Origin: an uncultured virus (IMG/VR IMGVR_UViG_3300037467_001324)
Lineage: Duplodnaviria; Heunggongvirae; Uroviricota; Caudoviricetes
Virus record (IMG/VR): IMGVR_UViG_3300037467_001324
Direction: 5' to 3' (one strand)
Length of the DNA stretch: 20,000 nucleotides
The notes under the pieces were generated by a model. That model was not told where the DNA came from, ran no database searches, and worked only from the letters and a program-made list of their open reading frames with translations. The position numbers and the translations under genes were made by a program. Shown piece by piece: positions 1 to 6,790 of this stretch; the stretch's first letter is position 1, and each line of letters starts with the position of its first letter.

Positions 1-419
1 GAAACGAGCGTACACGCGCCAGCGTAGCGGTTGACCAGCTCGACGGCTTCCTCGAGCGACGGCCCGCCATAGGCGAGCGACACCGGCCAGGCGTAATTCA
101 TCATCGGCTGAAAGGAGTCGGCCCATTCGTGAAAAGCGTCGGTGTTCCAGAATGACTCGGCGTGTTCGTCGCTGAGCTGCGCTTCATCGTTGAATCGCTC
201 GAACTCGGACAATGGGCGCCCTTCGGCGTGGCAGCGCTCCTCCTCCCAATCGTTCAACAGGTCGGGGGCGCGTTCTCTGACATCGCCGTAAGTCGGTTTC
301 GGCAACGCGACATCATATTCGTCGCCGTCTTGATAGAGGTCCGACCAGTCAATCCAAGCGGCATCGGCAGTTAGAAATTGCAGGCTTAAGCCGTGCTGCG
401 GTGCTTTCAACTGTGTCAT
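1..419 (-). CDS. Hypothetical phage early protein (partial, runs off the window start)
   Basis: Manual translation from ATG 419 (MTQLKAPQHG...FQPMMNYAWPV...) is open to position 1; preceded by AAGGGG SD and the AATCACTAA leader repeat; absent from the ORF track because it is truncated. Confidence 0.8.
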   Translation of the reverse strand, partial: MTQLKAPQHGLSLQFLTADAAWIDWSDLYQDGDEYDVALPKPTYGDVRERAPDLLNDWEEERCHAEGRPLSEFERFNDEAQLSDEHAESFWNTDAFHEWADSFQPMMNYAWPVSLAYGGPSLEEAVELVNRYAGACTLV

Positions 420-446
420 CGTCAATTCCCCTTTTTAGTGATTCGT

Positions 447-722
447 TTAGTTGTCGGTGCCTACATAGGAATAGACAGACTCGTCCTCGGCTCGTGCCGC
501 GATCGCCGCGCGTAGCGCATCCTCGAAATGGTCGCCGCGCCAGCGATTCAGCGGGTTGTCCGGCTGAACGACAGCACAGACTCCGCTTTCCTCGAATACC
601 GTTGCCAGGAAGCGGCGGTCGCGCCGGTCACCTTTGACACGCGCCCGGAACTCGACCAGGTGAAACGGTGCGCCGCAACAGCCGTTGCGGTGAAAGCGGA
701 TTCGGTCGATTTTCAGTTTCAT
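447..722 (-). CDS. Hypothetical phage protein (MKLKIDRIRFHRNGCCGAPFHLVEF...), 91 aa
   Basis: Start reassigned to ATG 722 (GGAG SD at 731-734, ATGA overlap with the upstream gene). Confidence 0.75.
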   Translation of the reverse strand: MKLKIDRIRFHRNGCCGAPFHLVEFRARVKGDRRDRRFLATVFEESGVCAVVQPDNPLNRWRGDHFEDALRAAIAARAEDESVYSYVGTDN

Positions 723-868
723 TTCAACAGCTCCATTTGCGCGCGGACTAGGTGAAACGCCGCAGCTGTGACGGGCGGAACCTGCGTGATCAGGCCGACG
801 ACGATTCCGCCTAGCGCGTACATCGCCAAGCCCAAGCCGAGCCGCTTCACGGCGCGCCCGAGGCTCAC
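719..868 (-). CDS. Small membrane protein, 49 aa (MSLGRAVKRLGLGLAMYALGGIVVGLITQV...)
   Basis: Manual translation; GTG start overlaps the upstream TGA and its stop overlaps the downstream ATG; one hydrophobic segment. Confidence 0.6.
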   Translation of the reverse strand: MSLGRAVKRLGLGLAMYALGGIVVGLITQVPPVTAAAFHLVRAQMELLK

Positions 869-1155
869 TGTCTCGCTTTCGGATTGTGGCGAGGATCGCC
901 GTGCAACCGATCATGGGCGTCGCGGGCGGCAATCCAACGGTCAACCGCAGCATCGCCGACGCGGCGGCGCAATTCGCCTTCCTTACCGTCGACGATGAAC
1001 ACCCGAATCAGGCTGCTGCCGTGCAAGTCGATAAGGCGAGACCGCAGCAAATCGTCCGGCCCGAACAAAACCTTTTCGGTAACGATGTCCGATTCGGCTC
1101 GGCTGTATTCGAGTTGCGCTGCGCGCATCTGGCGACTGAAACCGGCGCGGCGCAT
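865..1155 (-). CDS. Hypothetical protein, 96 aa
   Basis: TAATG coupling to the upstream gene; fills the operon. Confidence 0.65.
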   Translation of the reverse strand: MRRAGFSRQMRAAQLEYSRAESDIVTEKVLFGPDDLLRSRLIDLHGSSLIRVFIVDGKEGELRRRVGDAAVDRWIAARDAHDRLHGDPRHNPKARQ

Positions 1156-1943
1156 TATGCTGCCTCCGTCACCGCGCCAGCGCGCAGCTCGGCTAGGTAT
1201 TCGCCGATGAACGGGAAGCGCGATTCAATCTCCGCCCATGTAGGCTTCGTGTCGCCGCGGAAGCTGTCCAGGTAGCCATTGAAGCCCTGATACAATTCCT
1301 TGTAATCGCGGCGCAGATCCATGATGCGCTGAAAGAAAGCGTCGGTCTCAGGTGGCAGCGCGTTCGCCTCGAGCTCGTCAAAATACCGCTCGTTATTGGC
1401 GCAGATTTCCTCCCATTTCCCCTCAGCCTTGTGCCTAGCCTGCCACTCCGGAGAGACTCCGTATGGCGCCGATTTGCGCGCGGCACGGGCGTTAGCGGTG
1501 AGCTCCGAACGGCTGCCGAAGCCTCCAGAGCCTGCGACGCGAACGGATCGCGCCGGTTCGACTCCTACGCCCTCCCAATTGTCCGAATGCGGGTTGTAGG
1601 CTCGCACGTTGATTTTGCGCAGTTTCCCTGTCGGCACCTCGCGACGCTCGCCCGTGTGCAAGCCGGTCTCAGGGTTGCGGAGATATTCAGTTTCAGTCTC
1701 CGGTTTTCCCTCGACATGGGTCAGCCCGTACCGCTCAAGCACGTCCATGTCGGCAACCGGAAAGCGGCGCTCGAGCTCGGTTGAAACAATTTCGCCGATG
1801 CGCTTGCGCTCATCCTCGGGAAACTGGCGCTCCTGGTGGCGCTGCCAGGCAGCGTCCAGGATGCGCCTAGCCAAGTTGCCTTGCTTCTTCGGCATGTAGC
1901 GCGACTGCGGCGCTGGAATCTCGTGCGGGTAAATAGTGGTCAT
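1155..1943 (-). CDS. Hypothetical phage protein, 262 aa
   Basis: Long ORF with AAGGGG SD and AATCACTAA leader repeat; promoter/operator upstream. Confidence 0.85.
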   Translation of the reverse strand: MTTIYPHEIPAPQSRYMPKKQGNLARRILDAAWQRHQERQFPEDERKRIGEIVSTELERRFPVADMDVLERYGLTHVEGKPETETEYLRNPETGLHTGERREVPTGKLRKINVRAYNPHSDNWEGVGVEPARSVRVAGSGGFGSRSELTANARAARKSAPYGVSPEWQARHKAEGKWEEICANNERYFDELEANALPPETDAFFQRIMDLRRDYKELYQGFNGYLDSFRGDTKPTWAEIESRFPFIGEYLAELRAGAVTEAA

Positions 1944-1969
1944 CTCAAATCCCCTTTTTAGTGATTCGT

Positions 1970-2013
1970 TTTCTAGTCAACTCTGCGGTTGTAAGTCAAC
2001 TAAGAGTTGACTT
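1970..2013 (-). promoter_or_regulatory. Leftward sigma70-like promoter overlapped by the operator palindrome AGTCAACT-AAG-AGTTGACT
   Basis: Perfect inverted repeat 1993-2013; TTGACT-18-TAGAAA on the minus strand. Confidence 0.6.
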
Positions 2014-2016
2014 GCG

Positions 2017-2547
2017 TCATTCGCTTTCGATCTGCCACTTGCCCTTGACCTGGTCGCCGGGTGGATTGGCGCGCCATTGTTCCTCCGTCTGCATTTTGTT
2101 GAACAGCTTAACCACGGTTGCGCCCTCAGACCCATCAGCCTTTATGCGTTGGATATACGCTTCGCCGATGTCAGGGCGTTGCCATGCTTTCAATTCGAGT
2201 GGGAGCCGAGTGTTGGCTCGCCTCACGCGGATTATTCCGCGCTCAGTGATTTTCCGGCGCTTCCAAGAATAGCCTGTTTCATAGGTACGGAACACACGTC
2301 TACCCTCGAGCGGATGCTTCACAATTGAATCGAGATAGGCCACGCGCGCCGCTTCAGCTTCACGCCAGTTATCGGTTAATTTGCGCATTTCATCAGCGTG
2401 TCGGCGCCGCACATCCTGTTCGGCAGCGCGCGCCGCTTCCCGTGCTTCGGCGTCAATCTTATCTTGACGCATCCGCATCGCAGCGCGCGCCGCTTCCTGT
2501 GCTTCGGTCAATCGCTCTAATTCGTTCATGTCTGTGACTCCTGTCAT
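2017..2547 (-). CDS. Hypothetical protein with N-terminal coiled coil, 176 aa (possible start at 2529)
   Basis: ORF track; ATGA overlap with the upstream gene; Ala/Glu/Arg-rich N-terminus. Confidence 0.8.
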   Translation of the reverse strand: MTGVTDMNELERLTEAQEAARAAMRMRQDKIDAEAREAARAAEQDVRRRHADEMRKLTDNWREAEAARVAYLDSIVKHPLEGRRVFRTYETGYSWKRRKITERGIIRVRRANTRLPLELKAWQRPDIGEAYIQRIKADGSEGATVVKLFNKMQTEEQWRANPPGDQVKGKWQIESE

Positions 2548-3041
2548 TCCGGCGTGCTTTCTCTGAGTCGGGCGATCGCGGCCAGGACGGCGTTGCGCTG
2601 GAACTCCTGCAACTCCGCCCCTTCGCTGAGAAACCGCTCCGCCAGCTCGAGCACGCGCTCGAGGTCGCTAGGTTGCTCGGGACCTTCGTGAAACCGAATC
2701 AACTCATAGAGGTCGACTTTCACAGCCGGAGACGCGGCAAGCATGTCGTCTATTGCTCGCACATCGCGAGGCGTCGCAAAGTCGCGCTCCTTTAGACGAT
2801 AGAGAACGCCTTCGACAACCTCGAGCTTGCGCTCGTCATCGGTAAGCGTTTCTTCGTTCGGCTCGAGCTCAATGTGGACGCGCGTCAACCGGTAATGCTC
2901 AGCGCAATCGCGCATCTCGCCGGCAAGCCGCTGCCTATCAGTGATCGGCAACAGGTCGCCGTGCGATTCCGCTATAGGTAGGCCTTCGATCCCGTTGGCG
3001 AGGTCTCGCAACCCCTGCGGATCCAGCGTTAGAATTGTCAT
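2544..3041 (-). CDS. Hypothetical protein, 165 aa
   Basis: ORF track; GGAGG SD; coupled to neighbours. Confidence 0.8.
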   Translation of the reverse strand: MTILTLDPQGLRDLANGIEGLPIAESHGDLLPITDRQRLAGEMRDCAEHYRLTRVHIELEPNEETLTDDERKLEVVEGVLYRLKERDFATPRDVRAIDDMLAASPAVKVDLYELIRFHEGPEQPSDLERVLELAERFLSEGAELQEFQRNAVLAAIARLRESTPE

Positions 3042-3044
3042 GGC

Positions 3045-3311
3045 TCAGCCCTCCATTGCATCGTTAAACTCGCCAACCGCATCCGCGCTCAGCGTGTCCA
3101 GGTCGCGCGCCTCGATTGCTATGGCATCGCAGTGACAGCCGAGATTGCACGGCGCGCCCCATGCAAGCCAACGCTGGCCGCGCGAGTCGCATATGATGCG
3201 AACCCATTTTCCGCGACTAGGTATCGGGTCGGAGGTCGGCGACAGATCGAGCTGCAACCGTTCGTCCGTTTTGGCGTGGCGTGGCGTGAAGAGTCGACTG
3301 TTGTCCATCAT
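3045..3311 (-). CDS. Hypothetical protein with CxxGCxC motif, 88 aa
   Basis: ORF track; AAGGGG SD; APCNLGCHCDA. Confidence 0.75.
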   Translation of the reverse strand: MMDNSRLFTPRHAKTDERLQLDLSPTSDPIPSRGKWVRIICDSRGQRWLAWGAPCNLGCHCDAIAIEARDLDTLSADAVGEFNDAMEG

Positions 3312-3501
3312 GCTTCATCCCCTTCCCGCTTGTCGCCGCGCTCCCATGTGACCTGATCGCGGCGGTTCACGATTGCGACGCGCCGGAACGCGCCCGTTTT
3401 CCAAAGCAGTTTCGCAAAGGCCTTCGCATCGCTGGCGAAATGGAACCGCGGAGCAAAAAGCCGTCCTGGTCGACCGGATAGCAATAGACGTTGTTTTTCA
3501 C
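3308..3501 (-). pseudogene. Small gene apparently split by a 1-nt frameshift (or a sequencing error) in a T5 run
   Basis: GTG 3501 gives MKNNVYCYPVDQDGF; adding one T in the run at 3455-3459 joins it to FAPRFHFASDAKAFAKLLWKTG...DEA*, whose stop overlaps the next ATG. Confidence 0.45.
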
Positions 3502-3502
3502 G

Positions 3503-3922
3503 TCAGGCCTCACATTCGATCTGGTGACGGATAATCGCGGCGGCGCGCCGATGCGCTTTCGCGCTGCGGACTAGGGCGCCGTCCGCAGCGCCTTCAATGC
3601 CTTCGCTCACATAGCGGGCGGCAGTGCCTTCATAGATTCCGGCGCGGCGCTCTAGGTCACTGGCGATGGACTCGAGCGTTTCGCTTTCCGACAGATCCGT
3701 GGGCCGCTCGTCGACCGCGCCGCAATGCGGACAATGGTCGGAGTCGTGCGGCACCTCCTGTTTGCAGCTCGAGCACAGATAGCCGTCGCGCGCTGCGAGC
3801 GTGGCAATTTCCTCGTCGATTTCCTCAAGCAACGGCTCGAGACCGTCGCGCGCGAACTTGTCCAGGCGCTGCCCTGCCTCATAGCGGAGGTGGCACAGTA
3901 GATCGATCGTCGGGCGCTTCAT
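3503..3922 (-). CDS. Zinc-ribbon domain protein, 139 aa
   Basis: CSSC-x10-CPHCG; AAGGGG SD. Confidence 0.8.
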   Translation of the reverse strand: MKRPTIDLLCHLRYEAGQRLDKFARDGLEPLLEEIDEEIATLAARDGYLCSSCKQEVPHDSDHCPHCGAVDERPTDLSESETLESIASDLERRAGIYEGTAARYVSEGIEGAADGALVRSAKAHRRAAAIIRHQIECEA

Positions 3923-4035
3923 CTCATTTCCCCTTCCATCCTCAGCGACATCGCCAACACCTCACGCAACCGCTGCCGCGCGGCTTCCCGTGCGCGCTCG
4001 GTAGCCCGATTGTCGTTTGCGGCGCTGCGCATCAT
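3919..4035 (-). CDS. Small protein, 38 aa (MMRSAANDNRATERAREAARQRLREVL...)
   Basis: Manual translation; coupled at both ends; AANDN peptide of the kind frequent in alphaproteobacterial phage ORFs. Confidence 0.55.
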   Translation of the reverse strand: MMRSAANDNRATERAREAARQRLREVLAMSLRMEGEMR

Positions 4036-4265
4036 CAAAGCCAAATCGCGGCGCTGCCATCGCGGCGCACGGTTACCTCGGGACGCGGTTGCAGCTCCAG
4101 GTTTTCAGCTTGGGTGGCGACAATCGGCGAATCCCAATCCTGGTCGAGCAGGCTCAGAGAAATCGAGCCGCATATCGTGCGACCAACGACTAGGGCTGAG
4201 CGCCCCTTCCAGCGACCGCCAATTATCTGGACATGGTCACCCTTGCGGATGCGACGCGCGGTCAC
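4035..4265 (-). CDS. KOW-motif protein, 76 aa
   Basis: GTG start overlapping the upstream stop; IRKGDHVQIIGGRWKGRSALVV fits the KOW consensus. Confidence 0.7.
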   Translation of the reverse strand: MTARRIRKGDHVQIIGGRWKGRSALVVGRTICGSISLSLLDQDWDSPIVATQAENLELQPRPEVTVRRDGSAAIWL

Positions 4266-4555
4266 AGTCCGATCCCCATGATTGCGTTGCCGTGAGCGAA
4301 GCCGCGCGTTAGCCGATAACCCAACTCGCGAGCTGCGGCGGCGCTTGGCGGATAGCCGCATCCGATCAGGTGAGCGAGGCGGCGCGCGTCTGTGGCGTCA
4401 GTTGCCCTGCCCGTCCATTCGGAGAACAGCCTTACTGCCTCCGCTACTCGTTCGGGCTGAGTGTCGACCGCTCGAGCGATGCGGCCCCACACGTTGTTGA
4501 TGTAGGATCCGTCCGCGCGGACGCCGGGCCGATAGTCGAATGCGGCGGCGCTCAC
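4262..4555 (-). CDS. Hypothetical protein, 97 aa
   Basis: GTG 4555 overlaps the upstream TGA (GTGA coupling). Confidence 0.65.
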   Translation of the reverse strand: MSAAAFDYRPGVRADGSYINNVWGRIARAVDTQPERVAEAVRLFSEWTGRATDATDARRLAHLIGCGYPPSAAAARELGYRLTRGFAHGNAIMGIGL

Positions 4556-4866
4556 TTGCCGGACTCCAGCCGCTCGAGCAGCGAATCGACGTGGGCGCAT
4601 ATCTCGTTCAGGCTTGGCCGTTCGTCGCCAAGCGCCTCCTGCCAATCGCGGCACTCCTCGCGAAGCGTCCGCAGATCGTCGCGCATCTCAGGCGCGGCTG
4701 CGATAAGCCTTCCGTTGGCCGCGATCTCTGCCTCTGGCAGCGCGAACGCTGGATCGACGTGACCGCCGTCTAGCAGCAACGCTAGGCAGGCGTCGGACGC
4801 TTCTTCGCGAATGTAGCGGCGGTCATCCTCACCGGTGATGTACCAAGGGCCGGGTGTGTGCGGCAT
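4552..4866 (-). CDS. Phage protein of the HTPGPW...ANxRLIAAAP family
   Basis: MPHTPGPW N-terminus and ANGRLIAAAPEM motif, a widespread uncharacterised phage family; AGGGG SD. Confidence 0.85.
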   Translation of the reverse strand: MPHTPGPWYITGEDDRRYIREEASDACLALLLDGGHVDPAFALPEAEIAANGRLIAAAPEMRDDLRTLREECRDWQEALGDERPSLNEICAHVDSLLERLESGK

Positions 4867-4880
4867 CTCAATTCCCCTAT

Positions 4881-4961
4881 TTAGTGATTGCTGACGAAAT
4901 CCGCCGCGTAGTAAATCGCGGCTAGGATCAGCCCGATTATCAAAGCGACTGCGCCCATCAT
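4881..4961 (-). CDS. Micro membrane peptide, 26 aa (MMGAVALIIGLILAAIYYAADFVSNH)
   Basis: Manual translation; fills the gap between genes; its stop codon lies inside the AATCACTAA repeat. Confidence 0.5.
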   Translation of the reverse strand: MMGAVALIIGLILAAIYYAADFVSNH

Positions 4962-4962
4962 C

Positions 4963-5190
4963 TCAGCGCCTGCCTTCCAGCAGCACGGCTGCCAGCGTCA
5001 CGAACAGAACGGAGCCGAGGAACGGCACTGCTAGAACCGCATCCCATGCCTGCCGTTGCGCTTCCTCCAGCGCGCCAACGGGATAGGCTGAGAATGCGGA
5101 CACTGCGACTGCGGCACATCCGATTGCGATGAGACCACACACCGCAGCTGCGGTCATGCGTTCGACATAGGCGACACGGCGGCGCTTCAT
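4963..5190 (-). CDS. Small two-TM membrane protein
   Basis: ATG 5190 directly after the upstream stop; two hydrophobic segments. Confidence 0.65.
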   Translation of the reverse strand: MKRRRVAYVERMTAAAVCGLIAIGCAAVAVSAFSAYPVGALEEAQRQAWDAVLAVPFLGSVLFVTLAAVLLEGRR

Positions 5191-5191
5191 C

Positions 5192-5428
5192 TCAGAAGCC
5201 TTCCGTTTCAACTGCGGTTAGCATGGGAAATCGATCCGCCGTGTGGTCCGCATTGAACAGACGGAACGTGCGCCCGATCTTCCCGCGATAGCGCTCGGCT
5301 AGGCGCTCGGCCATCTGGCGGCGCGGCTGCGCTATGCTCTCAACCGTGCCATCGCTGAATCGAAGCACAGTGACGAACGGCTTAGGCGCTTTAGCAAGGC
5401 GCTCTAGCAAGGCTACTGCGTCTGACAT
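5192..5428 (-). CDS. Hypothetical protein, first gene of the leftward early operon
   Basis: ORF track; GGGAG SD; promoter directly upstream. Confidence 0.75.
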   Translation of the reverse strand: MSDAVALLERLAKAPKPFVTVLRFSDGTVESIAQPRRQMAERLAERYRGKIGRTFRLFNADHTADRFPMLTAVETEGF

Positions 5429-5456
5429 TGCGACTCACTCCCTAGTGGTTGATTCG

Positions 5457-5497
5457 ACACTAGAGATTCCTGCGCTCTAGTCAACTCTTAGTTGACT
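5457..5497 (-). promoter_or_regulatory. Leftward early promoter with operator palindrome AGTCAACT-CTT-AGTTGACT
   Basis: TTGACT (5484-5479)-16-TAGTGT (5462-5457); 5479-5497 is the exact reverse complement of 1994-2012. Confidence 0.7.
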
Positions 5498-5574
5498 GCA
5501 TCAACCTCGGTTCGTCGCATCCGATTGCCCTGGCGACAGCTGCTCGAGGCTGCTGTTGTTACGCCGGCAATACG

Positions 5575-5856
5575 GAGACAGCATGGGACAGCATGGCACG
5601 GCTGCCCTGCTACGCTGCGACCTGTGGCACAGCATGAGACGCTATGGGACAACATGAGACAGTGCATCGATCCGCTCGAACAGTCGCGCTGGCACTCCGC
5701 TGCCTGGCCGACGCGCATCCCCGTAACCCTTTGAATTGCGGGTCCTTTCTAGGCGCAACCGGGCGGGCGGGAGGCGCTGAGCCCCGAAAAAACAGCGTTT
5801 TCGGAGGACCTATTAGGCCATAGTGAGCCTGAGACAGCATGGGACGCCTGGGGACG
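5575..5856 (+). repeat. Clusters of 10-bp tandem repeats, consensus G(G/A)GACAGCAT, flanking the putative cos
   Basis: Clusters at 5575-5602, 5626-5663 and 5831-5856. Confidence 0.8.
5739..5786 (+). other. Putative cos site (cosQ plus 12-nt cosN), lambda/Chi-like
   Basis: CGGGTCCTTTC contains lambda cosQ GGGTCCT; 23-24 nt later lies GAGGCGCTGAGC, 9/12 identical to the phage Chi cohesive end as I recall it (GGTGCGCAGAGC). Confidence 0.6.
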
Positions 5857-5881
5857 GTGACCTCGAGGCGATTGAGCGCAC

Positions 5882-6197
5882 CGTCACACCCTCCGAGCCT
5901 GTGACGCACCTGTGACGGTAGCCTGTGACGGTCATTTTCCGCAGAAATCCGCCGCAAAAGGGGCAATCGTCACAGGATCACAGGTGTTTCCCTAAGAAAC
6001 ATTATGAATCCAGGGACTCAAGCCTGACGGCATTGAAATGGACGAGCTCGAGCGCGCAAAATCACCCCTGCTACGATAAGTTATACAAGGAGGAGCCTGT
6101 GATCCTGTGACGATGCGACCTAAAGCTCTGAAATTGCTCGGAAAAAGGCGGCACAGGTAGCCTGTGACGACCGTCACAGGTAAACAGGGGTGTGACG
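5882..6197. repeat. Iteron-like CCTGTGAC(G) array in both orientations; putative replication origin or cosB
   Basis: About 12 copies; perfect inverted pair TCGTCACAGGATCACAGG (5967-5984) / CCTGTGATCCTGTGACGA (6096-6113). Confidence 0.8.
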
Positions 6198-6198
6198 A

Positions 6199-6714
6199 TT
6201 AGCGGCCTAAGCCAGCAATGACGCTCCAACCGTTGCATTCGGTTACGCGGTCGCGCCGCCGCGGCGTTTTCGAGCCTCGCGACCGGCGATCGTCCAAGAA
6301 CATCCAGCAGATTTCGGGTCGACCATTGACCTCCGGAGTGCGTGACCAGAGCTCGGGGTCGAGCCAGAAAGCGGGGTCGCCAGGCTGCCACGGGGCGCTC
6401 AGTTCGAGTCCCGATTTGACCGCAGGGAGTGGCTTCGGCTCAGCTCGAGCGGCCCAACCGAGCTTCCATCCATATTGCTCGGTCCAGATGCGATAGCAGC
6501 CGCCGAAGCAGTCGTTGATGTTCTCCTCGCACCAGAACCGCTGACAGGTCTCGCAGCCCATCACGCTGAGGCCGCAGTTGTACAGCTTCGTGCCGCACGC
6601 CGGGCAGCGCATCATGTCGAGGATCTGGTCGAACGCATCGTAGTTCATGGGGAAGCCGCGGCGCGCGACCCATTGCCGGCGACGTCGCTCGAGGGAGGAC
6701 AGAAGGCTCAACAT
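6199..6714 (-). CDS. Cys/Trp-rich putative zinc-binding protein (start uncertain: 6714 leaderless, or 6648)
   Basis: CPACG...CETC...C motifs; ATG 6714 lies at the predicted TSS of TTGACC-16-TATGCT. Confidence 0.6.
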   Translation of the reverse strand: MLSLLSSLERRRRQWVARRGFPMNYDAFDQILDMMRCPACGTKLYNCGLSVMGCETCQRFWCEENINDCFGGCYRIWTEQYGWKLGWAARAEPKPLPAVKSGLELSAPWQPGDPAFWLDPELWSRTPEVNGRPEICWMFLDDRRSRGSKTPRRRDRVTECNGWSVIAGLGR

Positions 6715-6721
6715 GGACGCA

Positions 6722-6786
6722 AGCATAAGCGAAAAAGTGAGCCGGTCAATTCTTTGTTGACTGACGGTTGAGTCGGACATATACCG
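6722..6786. promoter_or_regulatory. Back-to-back divergent promoters sharing the GTCAA-N7-TTGAC palindrome
   Basis: Rightward TTGACT (6757-6762)-17-TATACC (6780-6785); leftward TTGACC (6749-6744)-16-TATGCT (6727-6722). Confidence 0.65.
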
Positions 6787-6790
6787 ATTC

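Noticed and set aside
5575..6197. CRISPR array
   Set aside because: Repeats are 8-10 bp, tandem or inverted, without unique spacers of regular length
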